Assembly (NCBI GenBank): GCA_010093745.1
Contig: MU005958.1
Coordinates: 310,001-374,000, forward strand
Direction: 5' to 3'
DNA length: 64,000 nucleotides
Source of the DNA: Piedraia hortae CBS 480.64
Taxonomy: Eukaryota
The translations under genes and the position numbers were made by a program. The notes beneath the pieces are model-generated. The model was not told the DNA's origin. It saw only the letters and a program-made list of their open reading frames with translations, and searched no databases. Shown here piece by piece: positions 11,945-23,859 of the stretch (the stretch's first letter is position 1; each line of letters starts with the position of its first letter).

Positions 11945-12617
11945 ATGTCTGCAGCCAAGTCTGTGGTGAAGCGGGTAGGCCAGGCTACTCGAGCAACCAA
12001 TTATCAGGTACCTTTGTCCATAATCTAGGCACACTGCGCCGTCTTTAACACGTTGGCCAGAAATACACTCTCGAGCCGACGGGCATTTGGGCATGGTTTA
12101 ACCGATTCTTCGCTCTTGATCCAGCACGATCTTCTGGCGTTCCAATCAATGCACAATTTCGCAATCCGACGCCTGGCGGTGACTACCTGACCTATGACGA
12201 TCCGACAACCACACCCGCAGCAGACATCGCCGACAACCCGTACTGGAAACGCGACACGAGGAGAAACTATCCCCGACTGTCGGTTGTCGGTCAACCTGAT
12301 GCGGTGGCGCTGTTGACAGTTGGCTCGGCAGCCGCGCCAAAGGAAGATGTCCTCCAGATTGGTGAGGCGGGTCAGAAGCAGTTGGTGGCATTGAAAGACG
12401 AAGGACAAAAAGGATTGAGCCAATTCTTTCAAAAGGAAAAAGGAGCTGTGAAGGGGGTTTTGGCGGCGAATGGTATGCCACCTCTTCCGCCGCCGGTTAG
12501 TTCGAAGCAATATGACTTGCCAGAGGACCAAGCGTACGCGAATGCGTGAGTAAGGCCGCAAGCTGGTGATGCAGATGCTGATTTTAAGCCAGGTATCCAT
12601 GCCGAACGTTTGTCTAA
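11945..12617 (+). CDS. Complex I accessory 21.3 kDa subunit (NUZM / NDUFA7-like)
   Basis: Exons 11945-12007, 12061-12545, 12593-12617; KYTLEPTGIW...RSSGVP...FRNPTPG...DIADNPYWKRDTRRNYPRLS...YPCRTFV; the ORF track captures only part of it. Confidence 0.9.
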
Positions 12618-12715
12618 ATATGTAGCTGCCAAATGGGGAAGGCGCGATCGATGTTTCCCTTTCTCTCCCAGAAGAGTTTTCCCACTTTCCCCACCCCCGC
12701 ATCTGTACTCCATCA

Positions 12716-14142
12716 ATGACCACGCCAAATGGCAGCGGTCCCGATCCCTCGCTCGGAGCTGTGTTGTTTAGCTGTGGTATCTGCCTAGCCACTCTTTCCG
12801 AGGAAGGGGAAGAGAGCGTCGGCAGATTGTGGATTACAGAATGCGCTCACATTACTTGCAACAAGCATCTTCCTGGTGGCGGTGAGAACATCAAGGGGAA
12901 GGTATCATGTATACATTCATGCTGACGATAGTCTTAGCTGCACCGTCTTATCGAAGAGGCGTGCTACCCACGGCGCCTTGTCCCCATTGTGTTGAGGAAA
13001 AGGGTGATGATGGGGAAAAAGAGCTGCATGAGATTCGTGGCCTGGGAGATGGTGAGTTTGACGATTCAATTCCTGCACTGTGGATGGCCTGTCCTCCGCA
13101 GGCGCTAGATGGATCCACGCCTGAGATGGAGGCGTTACGGTTTCAGTATTTAACTCTGTATCGCTATGCGTGTCGAGCGTCCAAGTACCTGAGGTCGGCT
13201 GAAAGAGGTAAAGTCGAAATGGAGGCGGCTTACATCGAAAAGATGGAGCAGTGTCGGAACCTGGAAAGTGAGGTGATGGAGCTACGGGCCAGAGAATCGG
13301 AGATTAAGGGCAAACAGGAACAACTGGAAAAGTGGGAGGCTCGCAAACCGGTCATTCATCACTATCTCAGAGTTGTAAAGGAGATGGCAAGTGATATTGA
13401 GGAAATGAGAAGCCAGTTGAAATGGTTGGGCTACGAGGTGCCCAAACGAAACTACGAATACAGGCCAGAGCAGGCCGAGGAGGAACTGTCACGCCCATTT
13501 CACAAGCGCAAACTCGATGAATATGCCGAGGGAGACGAGCGTCTTGTAAGGGAGCCAATGCCACCACCGGTACGTTCTCGAATCTCACTGGCACCTTATC
13601 GAGGAAACATGGTTGCGCCACGAGAGGCCAGTCCAATGCCACCTGCATCTGCTTCTCCGTCCCTTTTGGACATTGGGCCTCCCGGTGAAGAAGGTCGTCA
13701 ACCATGGCAAACTCGGCAACCTGTCTATGGCCCGAGAAATCAAGCACCAAAACCACGGCCAATAGAAGGCCGACATGATGAGCAGTCACCTACTAATGCC
13801 TGGAATCTGCTCAACAGACGGGACTCTGTGGCGACGCCGGTCCTTCAATCTCAAACACGGCCGACATCTGTCATCAGCCCTTTCTTTAGAGCCCAGGATG
13901 ACAAAAGACAGCTCTACAGAGACTCGGATTCATCGGAAGTTCACAGACCGAGAAATCACAACACTTTTCGCGGCCGTTTGACAATGCCTTTGGTACAGCA
14001 ATCGACAGGACAACAAAACGAACCAATGCTCTCCCGTCATACGCACGTTCGGAAATCCAGCCCGCAGAGGCCTCACCAACCTTCAGGTGAGAGTAGACTG
14101 TTTCCCTCCAACGCATCCAGGCGTCGCCAAGGACATTTTTAA
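12716..14142 (+). CDS. RING - coiled-coil - low-complexity protein, Zip3/Cst9/RNF212-like meiotic E3 ligase
   Basis: After removing intron 12882-12937: FSCGIC...LWITECAHITCNKH...CPHC, then a ...FQ coiled coil and a Pro/Ser/Arg-rich tail, matching Zip3-family architecture. Confidence 0.65.
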
Positions 14143-14144
14143 TG

Positions 14145-15052
14145 TCAAGTACTAAATCTCATGCCTCCGTTTGCACAAATAACACTACCCGTACACCAGC
14201 CGGCATCTGGCGAACAAAGCATGCCCACGACACCGGCAATTTCAGAATCATACGCTGGTCTGCCCCCCGCGGTACCTGCACCGTCGACAATCTGCTGGGA
14301 ATCAACCCTCTTTCTGACGGCAGCCAAAGGTGTTATAGCGTTCCACGTCGCCATCTTACCCCTAAATTCGTCAGATGTGGCATTGTACATGTCGGTATTG
14401 ACCGGGCCAGGGTTAACGGCATTGACGGTAGCACGTTCAGCCAGTTCCCGCGCCCAAGTCCTCGTACAAGCCTCGAGCGCAGCTTTGGAGCCACCGTAGA
14501 TTGCATCTTCATGCAATCCCAGCGAAGCGCTCACGCTACTGATATTTACCACTCGACCTGACCTGTCGTTTGGAAGATAACGCTCCGCAAGCTGCACCAA
14601 CATCATCGGTCCAAGGACGTTTACTCTATAAATCAACTCAAACTCGTCGGCCGTGTATTTCCCCACGGGGGTCTTGGAAGCCACGCCCGCATTGTTGATG
14701 AGAATGTCAATCACGGGTCTGCTGTGGAAGTGATTCACCGTCTTGGCGATTAGCTCCCCAGGACCCTCGCGTGACCCGAGATCTGCTTGCACGCAGAGAA
14801 CTTGCACAGAGTACTCTTTTGTCAGCTTTTCGCATAGAGACTCAGCCAAGGAGGTTGATTTGGTCGACGTGTAGTTTATCACAATGTTGCTGCCCTTTGA
14901 TGCCAGATTTGCGCAAATTGCTGCGCCGATTCCTGTATCGAAAGCTTAGTATTCTTCCCATGCTTGACCTGTAGAGAGACTTTGTTACCGCGTGAACCGC
15001 CCGTCACGACGGAGAGTTTGCCTTCAAGAATTCGGTTGGCCATTCTTGACAT
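14145..15052 (-). CDS. Classical short-chain dehydrogenase/reductase (FabG-like)
   Basis: TGGSRGIG across intron 14988-14933, DILINNAG, NISS, YGGSK catalytic motif, NAVNPGPVNTDM; start at 15052 or 15043. Confidence 0.93.
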
Positions 15053-15164
15053 CTTCTGGCTTGTCGATGTAGGAGGGGGAAGTGAGGGGGCGGGGCATGC
15101 GTGCTATAGGTACACGAAGGGAAAAACGCATTTCTATTCTATGTACGGTGTTCAAGAATAACAA

Positions 15165-17699
15165 CTAGCACCCTCTCCTCTTTCCAGAATTGGCAATCAG
15201 AGATACACTACGGTCGGCCCCCTCACCATCGTCGATGACGGTCACAGAAGGGAATCGTCGCGTTTTCGTCCTGGCCTTGGGCGGTGTTTTTGGCTGACTC
15301 TTCGGCGACGGTGGCGAAGGTTCTCGTCCCGGTGGTGGGGAAGCAGGACACTGAACCGCTGTCACTGGCTCCGTGTCCAAATCTTCCAGTGGCGGTGAAG
15401 ATCCCATATTGGTTATCACTGGCTCTTCGTGAGGTCCGCTCAGTTCCATTGCATCATCGGTGATAGTAATTGCTCCAGTAGAAGGAACTCTTTCAGGGTT
15501 TGCAGTGTTCTTATGATCCTCCCTAGGAAGACGGACCTTGTTGGACGGTGAGGTATTGCCATCTTCTGCTCTGACAGCGTCTTCGGCCGACAATTTTCTT
15601 TGCGATAGAGTGGCCGAGTTAGGCCTCTCCTTGGGCGCCGTCATCAGACTCTCATCTTCAGCCGTGTCCACTGTTGCTCGTCGGGACTTTTGGTCAGGTT
15701 GTCCAATTCCCTGCGCTCGTTCAATCGCATCTAGATGTTTGTCCAGTTCCGCACTGGCATCATGGATCTCGTTGTGGACTCCACCTTCAGCGTCGGGTGG
15801 TGCGAAATTTGGAGGCTCTAAATCAGGATTTTCGAACCAGCCCTGCGTAGTAGTCGAGGTTCTCCTGTTCATCTCCGTCTGTTTGGACGAAAAAATGTTG
15901 CGATAATAGTCACGCAAATTTCTCAGAAAACTCTCGCGATGGGCCCTATGCTTCTTCTTTGCTTTGCCGTTTTGCTTGACTCCCGTATTGGATCCAGCAA
16001 AGTCATGCGAGATGACACTATCAACTCGCCCAGCAGAACCGTTTCGCTCTGCACGCGTGTGAGATGGAAACCTTGCCCACGAAGCCGGAATCGTACCAAT
16101 CCTTCCTCGCTTGGGCCGCTGACGCTCAACCACCGCGGGTAGCGAAACCTCATCGTCCACAACACCCGCTTTACTGGCGGACCGAAATGCTCTTCTTTCA
16201 CTTTCATGGCGTTGTAAAGCCGCCTCCATAATGCCAGTGGATTCCATGTCGTGGAGTTGGTACGGTGCAGGAAAATTGATTGTGGTGGTATGTCTTCGCT
16301 TAACCTCGTCTGGCCTTGAAACAACACTTTCTGGACGAAATCGGTAGCTCTCATTGGAGCCATCATACTCGTCTATCGACGACGAGGATGTAGCTGTGAC
16401 TTGAATTTTTGGAGTCTTCTTCTTCATTTTGAATGACAAAGATCCAAAGAAGGATGGCTTCTTCCCGAGTGATCTGGTTGAAAGTTTTCTCTTGATACGA
16501 CGAGACCATCTTTCAGATTTAGGCATGCTACTCTCCCCAACGGTTCCCGTAACCGACCCTTGCTCATCGTGTTGAGGTAAGTCTTGCACCTCTTTTTGAT
16601 GCATTGACCTGACGGAAAGTCGTCGTTTAAATCTGCGGAAGGCATTTGACCTGTGGAGAGATTTAGGATTGGGTTCGTCGGTCTGGTTGGTAGCTGCTGT
16701 TGTGATATTGTCATCTTCCGTGCCATGGGCCTCGGCACATGGCTCGACCACTTGCAATTGCTCTTCCTGAGGTTCCACTTCAATACTGGCGTCTCCTCCC
16801 CGAGGTACTTCGGTGCTGGACGATGTCTGATGTTCGATACTACGCTGCTTCGGCTCAACCAAAGGAAGTAATTCCGTAGCTTGGCTGTAAACAGAAGGCG
16901 AGCAAACTCGAAGAGGTATGCTGCTGTTCTCTTTGGAAATTGACCGGCAACTGTGTTCGTTCGACCCATCATACACAAGAGACATGCACCACAACCGATT
17001 GCGGAGGTTCATGTTGTTCAAATGAGGGCCTTGGGATGATGCCGAAGCCAAAGACTTGACAGACCCAACCTTTGCTATATCAACCAGTAGCCTCTGGCTG
17101 AGTTCGGGAATGGTCTCTTTGCTCAGGTCTGAATGCGATCGTGTCCGTCGTAGCAGCGGCTTGGACTGGGTATCCAACTGAGATGTGCTCATTGCCCGAG
17201 ACAAACCGCTTCCATCGCTCGTTGATCGTCCAATCAATGAAGGGTGATCCAGCAATGGTTTGATCCACTCTAGGCTCTTTAGCACCGACGAGTTTAAATC
17301 TGTGAGGTCTTCATGGCTTTTGGGGACCTGTACGACTGATCTGACACTTCCAAAGCGAGCCTTGGCAGAAGAGTCAACATCCTGGGTCCTGTCTTCGTTA
17401 TCATCGAAAGGATCGCTTGGATTGAGGGCTTCTTCAGAGCTGAGGGCCGGGTTGTCTTTGTCATACTCTTGACTGCTCTTGAGAGCCTTGACTGATTTCT
17501 TTGCCATCATCAACTTGACAGGTCCGCGTAAATTTGGAGCAGAAAGCCTTGTCCGTTTTTTAAGGTTGAAATGGTGAGGATGGTTTTCCGGAAGAGCTAC
17601 CAGAGGCAGCATGTCGTCTACACCAGATGGTAGAGGTCGACAAGGAGGGGGTGGAGGAGAGCTATATCGAGGCTGAGTAAAGCAGGATGGGGCGTTCAT
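15165..17699 (-). CDS. Hypothetical, largely disordered Ser/Arg/Lys-rich protein
   Basis: 844-codon uninterrupted ORF with short motif-like blocks (PASWARFPSHTRAERNGSAG; RRFPSVTVIDD); 5' end uncertain. Confidence 0.75.
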   Translation of the reverse strand: MNAPSCFTQPRYSSPPPPPCRPLPSGVDDMLPLVALPENHPHHFNLKKRTRLSAPNLRGPVKLMMAKKSVKALKSSQEYDKDNPALSSEEALNPSDPFDDNEDRTQDVDSSAKARFGSVRSVVQVPKSHEDLTDLNSSVLKSLEWIKPLLDHPSLIGRSTSDGSGLSRAMSTSQLDTQSKPLLRRTRSHSDLSKETIPELSQRLLVDIAKVGSVKSLASASSQGPHLNNMNLRNRLWCMSLVYDGSNEHSCRSISKENSSIPLRVCSPSVYSQATELLPLVEPKQRSIEHQTSSSTEVPRGGDASIEVEPQEEQLQVVEPCAEAHGTEDDNITTAATNQTDEPNPKSLHRSNAFRRFKRRLSVRSMHQKEVQDLPQHDEQGSVTGTVGESSMPKSERWSRRIKRKLSTRSLGKKPSFFGSLSFKMKKKTPKIQVTATSSSSIDEYDGSNESYRFRPESVVSRPDEVKRRHTTTINFPAPYQLHDMESTGIMEAALQRHESERRAFRSASKAGVVDDEVSLPAVVERQRPKRGRIGTIPASWARFPSHTRAERNGSAGRVDSVISHDFAGSNTGVKQNGKAKKKHRAHRESFLRNLRDYYRNIFSSKQTEMNRRTSTTTQGWFENPDLEPPNFAPPDAEGGVHNEIHDASAELDKHLDAIERAQGIGQPDQKSRRATVDTAEDESLMTAPKERPNSATLSQRKLSAEDAVRAEDGNTSPSNKVRLPREDHKNTANPERVPSTGAITITDDAMELSGPHEEPVITNMGSSPPLEDLDTEPVTAVQCPASPPPGREPSPPSPKSQPKTPPKARTKTRRFPSVTVIDDGEGADRSVSLIANSGKRRGC

Positions 17700-18594
17700 G
17701 TCCTACACAAGCTGATACACAGTATCGATGTGGAACAAAAGGGCTGCAGAGAGTTTGCAGAGAGTTGTGTGAGAGATACAGGAAGCTGGGAAGGTGAATA
17801 GAAAGTACCGCATCTTACTAAGTATATCAGAGAAATGAGGAAGGGACGACCAGTAAACACATGATCGGTCTTTACGCTTGACAAAAGGGTTGCGAGTCAT
17901 TGTTACTGTCGAGTCGTTTGTGAGGGAAGTAAGCCAGGCAGTCAAGCGTGCGAAGAGCGTGAAATGTGAAACGTGAGGTGCAGCATTGCCGTGACGGGTT
18001 CCCTAGCCCTAGCCTGAAATGGTAAGTGCCAACGGAAGTTTAGCTAAAACTTTATGTGGGGATGGTTACGATGAATCTATCGCACTCCTTTTGAACTCAC
18101 CAAGTAGTGCAAGATAAATCTTGGGTGTCATTCATGGCAGGCTAGAGAAGTTCATAACCTATCCCGCGATGGAGACGCTCAACAGCTGGCAGTCAGAGGT
18201 GGCTTACGATATTCTGATGCAAGGGGACGAACAGGCGTGAGATGGAGTTTTTGACGAGGTTTTTGGATGACATCATGACACTCGCTCCACCAACACTAGC
18301 CCCACGTCTACATGGCATCGCAACCTTGAGTGAGCAAATAAGGGTAAAAAAGACAAAGGACGATTCGCGCCTCAAGCGTGGCCCTACCAGTGGGTGCATT
18401 GTGGACCAAGAGAGCGAGTAGTATATAGACGTCTGTCAGCCTTTGGGTAATTGGGGCGTGTAAGTAAAAACCGGCCAACGTCACCCGCCGTGGCGTGCGG
18501 GGCGAGGGGAACGGAAGCCTCTTCAGGTCGCTCTCCGTGACCACCGCATGTGTTCCTCGTTCGACGTCGGCTTGCGCAACTGGCGGCTACGAAC

Positions 18595-21263
18595 ATGAAT
18601 GGGCGCTCGCGATCGAGGCGAGCGCAGTCGCAGTCTGAGGCGCCGAAGAATCTGCGACTGACCAGTAAGACGTGCGGAAGGCAGCGACGACCAATTGCTG
18701 ACAAGCGCAGTCATCGCTGCCGATGGATTGGCCAAGAGAGATGTTTTCCGTACGTATGCGCGACTCTACCGCCGACTTGGCTGACGGTCGCAGGCTTGCC
18801 GGATCCTTTTGCCGTGGCGACGATCAACGGCGAGCAGACCAAGTCTACAGAGTGCATCAAAAAGACGCTGCACCCGTACTGGAACCAGGTCTTTGACTTG
18901 TATGTGCACCGTGGCGGGGCGGGCAAGGGCTGACAAGGCAGGCACGCGGAGGAAGACAGCATCCTGGCCATCCAGGTCTTCGACCAGCGCAAGTTCAAGA
19001 AGAAAGACCAAGGCTTTCTAGGCGTTGTCAATGTCCCGATTGCCAGGCATATTGACCTTGACGGCGAGCCAATTGGTCTGTCGTCCCCAGAACGCCCGGC
19101 TGCTTCCGCTGACTCTTGGCAGACGAGATGTTTACGTTGGACCTCCAAAAGTCCAACGATAGCATCAACGTGAGCGGAAAGCTTATTTTCAACCTCAGCA
19201 CCAACATGGGACGCCAGCCCCGAGACGAGGCTTCAGCCTCCAGTGCCGCGTCGTTGGACGGACAGCAGTCGTTGGCGTCCGCACCATCAGCTCCCGCTGC
19301 CGCCGCCGCCGCCGCCGCCGCACCTGCACTTGCACCTGCACAGCCTGAGAGGCCGGTGGAGCAGCAGTCAGCCAGTCAGGGGTCTGCGCGTCCGTCAAAC
19401 CCAACCAACGGATTGCCAGGCAGCAGCCGGAGTGGGCAGGCGGGGCACAGGCGGCCAGACAGACCGTCAACAAGTGCATTCGAAGATTCTCAGGGGTGGC
19501 TTCCGGAGGGATGGGAGCGCCGGCTGGATAACCTCGGCCGGACCTACTATGTTGACCACAACAGCCGCCAAACGACTTGGACGCGGCCCACGGCGACGTT
19601 TAACCCGAATGCGCAGCGCAGCCAAATGCAGCAGCAGCATCAGCAGCGCATGCTGCCCGAAGACCGCACAGGCGCCAACTCGCCTTCGCTGCCGGACAGG
19701 ACTGCATCCTCGTCCCACTCCAGCGCCTCGACCTCGCAAATGGTCGCGACGGGCGTCACCACGAGCGGCACCGGAGAGCTGCCGGCTGGGTGGGAACAGC
19801 GCCGTACGCCCGAGGGCCGGCAGTACTTTGTAGACCACAACACGCGCACAACAACATGGGTGGACCCGCGTAGGCAGCAGTACATCCGCATGTATGGCAG
19901 CAACATGCAAAACGGCATCCAGCAGCAGCCAGTGTCACAGTTGGGCCCGCTGCCGAGCGGCTGGGAAATGCGACTCACCCATACTGCACGCGTCTACTTT
20001 GTGGATCACAATACCAAGACCACGACGTGGGACGATCCGCGGCTGCCGTCTTCATTGGACCAGAACGTTCCGCAGTACAAGCGTGATTTTCGGCGCAAAC
20101 TCATCTACTTCCGTTCGCAACCAGCTCTCCGCATCCAGAACGGCCAGTGCCATGTCAAGGTACGGCGTTCGCACATTTTCCAGGACAGCTACGCCGAGAT
20201 TATGCGGCAGACGCCGAATGACTTGAAGAAGCGGCTGATGATCAAGTTTGACGGCGAAGACGGGCTGGATTACGGCGGTCTTTCGCGCGAGTTCTTCTTC
20301 CTGCTCTCGCATGAAATGTTCAATCCATTTTACGGCCTGTTCGAGTATTCGGCCCACGACAATTACACGCTGCAGATCAACCCGCACTCCAGCGTCAATC
20401 CCGAGCATTTGGACTACTTCAAGTTCATTGGACGAGTGGTCGGGCTGACCATTTTCCACCGGCGTTTTCTGGATGCGTTCTTCATTGGAGCCTTTTATAA
20501 AATGATGTTGAAAAAGAAGGTGACTTTGCAGGACATGGAGGGTGTGGATGCCGACTTCCATCGCACCTTGACCTGGACCATGGAGAACGACATCACCGAC
20601 GTCATCTATAGCACATTTTCAGTCGATGACGAAAAGTTTGGCGAGCGGGAAACTGTGGATTTGAAGCAAGATGGACGAAACATCGAAGTGACAAACGAGA
20701 ACAAGAAGGAATATGTGCAGTAAGTGCAACTGGGCGCCAGCTTTGAACCACGCGACTAACGTGACAGACTCGTTACCGAATGGAGGATCCAGAAGCGGGT
20801 GAGTGAGCAGTTTGAAGCTTTCATCTCGGGCTTCTTCGAGCTCATTCCTCAGGATCTCGTCAGCGTTTTTGATGAGCGCGAGTTGGAGCTCCTCATCGGT
20901 GGCATAGCCGAGATTGACCTCGAAGACTGGAAGAAGCACACTGATTATCGCGGTTACACGGAAAGCGATGCCGTCATCCAGAATTTCTGGAAGTGCATCG
21001 CCGGATGGGACTCTGAGCAGAAATCCCGCCTGCTGCAGTTCGCAACGGGCACATCACGCATACCAGTGAACGGATTCAAGGACCTGCAAGGGTCAGATGG
21101 GCCCAGACGATTCACAATTGAACGGTCGGGCGAGGAGACCCAACTCCCGAAATCTCACACGTGTTTTAACCGTCTCGATCTACCGGCGTACAAGACGTTT
21201 GATGCATTGCAGCAAAAACTGTTATGGGCCGTTGAGGAGACTGTGGGCTTTGGCCAGGAGTAA
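18595..21263 (+). CDS. RSP5: Nedd4-family HECT E3 ubiquitin ligase (C2, 3xWW, HECT)
   Basis: Introns 18665-18710, 18750-18793, 18900-18941, 19076-19122, 20720-20767; three WW domains; HECT with [10 protein letters not shown] and terminal GFGQE. Confidence 0.97.
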
Positions 21264-21484
21264 GTGCGGAACGGCGTAGTGTTTTAGAATGTGTTTTTTC
21301 TTCTTTCTGTAGCTACGCACGGTTGGTGGTTTCTATCATGCCCTAATCATCGGGGTCTTGTAAGGACCGGAGTAGGTATACCAATCACGAATCAATCCTG
21401 GTGTATTCCTCTCTATGCTCGGAAATCTTGTGAAAAGGTATTCACGTCCTATCCTGCCATTTAAATATTTCTTTACTTTTTTTT

Positions 21485-22618
21485 TCATTTCCCTAGAACC
21501 TCTTTCACAGCTTTAACAACGTTACCGATATCGCTTCGTTTCTGGTCCGTGACAGACACTCCCATGTGTCCGATACGGAGGTACTTTGTTGCAATTTGCT
21601 TATGGAGACCGCCCGCAAGTACGAGGTCATGTTTCTCCAAGAATTTCGGTAGCACATCCGGAGGGGTGATGCCCTCGGGGAGGTAAAAGGCTGTCATGCC
21701 GTTTGCCTGCAAGTTAGGGTCCGCAGCGAGCTGCTTGAGGCCAACTTCCTTTACTGCGGCTTTGACCTTTGCGCTCGCGTCGCGGTGCTGAGCGAAACGC
21801 TCCTGTAGCGGCCGGCCCAAAATGTTGGTCAGACTTGCGTGGAGAGCACGCACGAGCTGGGTCGATGGCGTGGCAAAATACGAGGGTTTGCGCGCCTCGT
21901 AGTTCTGCATAATGGGAAGCCAGTTCTTCCAGCTTGCATAATAAGAGGCGGGCTTCTCCTTGCGGCTGTGGAAGCGTTGCATGGCGCGGTCGGAGACCAT
22001 CAGAATCGAGAGTCCCGTTGGACAGCCCAGCGCCTTTTGTGACGCCGTCAGCACACAGTCAATGTCCCAGTCGGTGAACTGGATCTCTTCACAGCCTACA
22101 CTGCAAACTCCGTCGACAACGACAAGAGTAGACGGTGACACTTTGCGTACCAGGGCCGTTATGGCTTTGATGTCTGACAGGACGCCCGTCGAAGTGTCCG
22201 TGTGAGTCACAGTTAGCATGCGGTAGGAATTCTCCCCGAGGGCTTTTTCAATCTCGTCTGGCTTTGGACGCTCGCCGATGGGTGCCTTTAGCTGCGTTAC
22301 TTTGGCTCCATATGTTTCCAAGCAGTCAGCGAAGCTGTCAGCAAAATAGCCCGTGTGTAGGACCAGGACTTGATCTCCAGCTTCGAGGAGGTTCGTGGCT
22401 ACCTGGTCCCAGCCAAGCGTTCCCGAGCCGGTTATGACGAACGGCTGTGTAGCTTTGTCCGTAGCTTGGAAAAGCTTTCGCACCATCTCCAGAGTCTCGC
22501 CGAATATGTTCACAAACGGCTTGCCTACATGGCTCTCGGCATGGTATGTCATGGCTTGGGACACTTCATCGCCGACTTCAATCGGGCCTGGAATCATCAA
22601 AGCTGGGTGAGATGCCAT
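21485..22618 (-). CDS. AGX1: Alanine-glyoxylate aminotransferase (class V PLP); possible longer isoform from ATG 22825
   Basis: LMIPGPIE, GSGTLGWD, VVDGVCSVG, TASQKALG (PLP lysine), RIGHMG. Confidence 0.92.
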   Translation of the reverse strand: MASHPALMIPGPIEVGDEVSQAMTYHAESHVGKPFVNIFGETLEMVRKLFQATDKATQPFVITGSGTLGWDQVATNLLEAGDQVLVLHTGYFADSFADCLETYGAKVTQLKAPIGERPKPDEIEKALGENSYRMLTVTHTDTSTGVLSDIKAITALVRKVSPSTLVVVDGVCSVGCEEIQFTDWDIDCVLTASQKALGCPTGLSILMVSDRAMQRFHSRKEKPASYYASWKNWLPIMQNYEARKPSYFATPSTQLVRALHASLTNILGRPLQERFAQHRDASAKVKAAVKEVGLKQLAADPNLQANGMTAFYLPEGITPPDVLPKFLEKHDLVLAGGLHKQIATKYLRIGHMGVSVTDQKRSDIGNVVKAVKEVLGK

Positions 22619-22973
22619 CTTGGGTAAAGAGTTTTCTTCTTCTTCTTCTTCTTCGTTGGTCTTCTGTTCCGGTTCTTGGATAGTCTGCGTGCCTTGGCTT
22701 CTACTTGTGATCGGTGCGGGCTGAGACTGATATGCTTCGTCTCTGCCAACGGAAAAGGGAGTATTAAGTGGAACGTCCGACTCCAAATGCCGAGCGATAA
22801 GGAACAAGCGATGGTGAGGCGCCATCTGCCAGTGCCCGCTTTTACCTCGACGCCTCGGAACCATGTGCATAGACGGGATGCGCCGTCGGGAGCGGCGCGA
22901 TCCGTCGGGCCGGGCCCGTTAAACGTCACCTCCCAGATGTTCGCTGACCATTGCGGATCAAAGTCAAACTACA

Positions 22974-23719
22974 ATGGCCAGGCTGATCCTGGTTCTCGGC
23001 GACCTCTTCATTCCGGATCGTGCAATCGTGAGCCCGAAACCGACGCTGCGAACGCCAACAACGGCTGGCTGACGCGGCTTTTGTTTCCAGGACATTCCGG
23101 CAAAGGTAACGGCCTTTTTGCTTCCAGCCTGTCATCACCCTGACCAGTGTACAAGTTCAAAAAACTCTTGACGCCGGGGAAGATTAGTCAGATCCTCTGT
23201 CTTGGGAATCTCACGTCACCATCAGTTTATTCTTTCCTCCGACCCATCGCTCCCGACCTCCAGCTCGTCAAGGGAGACTTTGACATTGTGCTTTCCACAG
23301 CACCTCCACCGGGTCATCAGGCTTCGGAGAACAGCTACACGGTACCCACAGCGCTCAGCAAGGTCGTTACCCACGGGAATCTGCGCATAGGCTTTACCCA
23401 CGGCGATGCGATCCTCCCGCCCGGTGATCCAGACGCTCTGCTCATCGCTGCGAGGCAGATGGACGTCGATGTCCTCTGCTGGGCCGGTACATGTAAATTT
23501 GAAGCGTACGAGATGGAGGGCAAGTTCTTTGTCAATCCTGGCTCCGCGACGGGCGCGTGTTCGTGGTCGGATGCTGAAGACGAGGAAAGGAATGTTCCGT
23601 CGTTTGTGCTCATGGAAGTGCAGGGCGATGGGCTGACGTTGTATGTTTACCAGCTGAGGGAGAATGAGGCCGGAGAGGAGAGCGTGGGCGTGGAAAAGGT
23701 CACGTATAAGAAGTCTTGA
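22974..23719 (+). CDS. VPS29: Retromer subunit Vps29
   Basis: Exons 22974-23027, 23091-23105 (15 nt), 23156-23719; LVLGDLFIPDRA, KFKKLLTPGKI, ARQMDVDVL, FVNPGSATGA. Confidence 0.95.
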
Positions 23720-23859
23720 TGTGTTTCATCACACTGTGTGCCCCTTCTACGTCTTTCGACATCTTACACAATAATACCTTTGCCTCGTGTACTTGACCCG
23801 CAGTTTGGTGACATGAGTGGCTTGAGTTAGTCTAGAATGTCTATCATCTGTCTCAGCTC

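Noticed and set aside
11975..12060. Possible nested or twin intron (GTAGGC...CAG GTACCT...CAG) in the complex I gene
   Set aside because: A single intron at 12008-12060 gives a sensible in-frame protein, and the first segment has no branch point
18018..18240. ATG-GTAAGT donor-like site and a 23-codon ORF upstream of RSP5
   Set aside because: No convincing spliced product or recognisable peptide
21473..21487. Cryptic peroxisomal signal by readthrough of the AGX1 stop
   Set aside because: Readthrough gives KKK-stop, which is not a PTS1, and the context is not TGA-CTA
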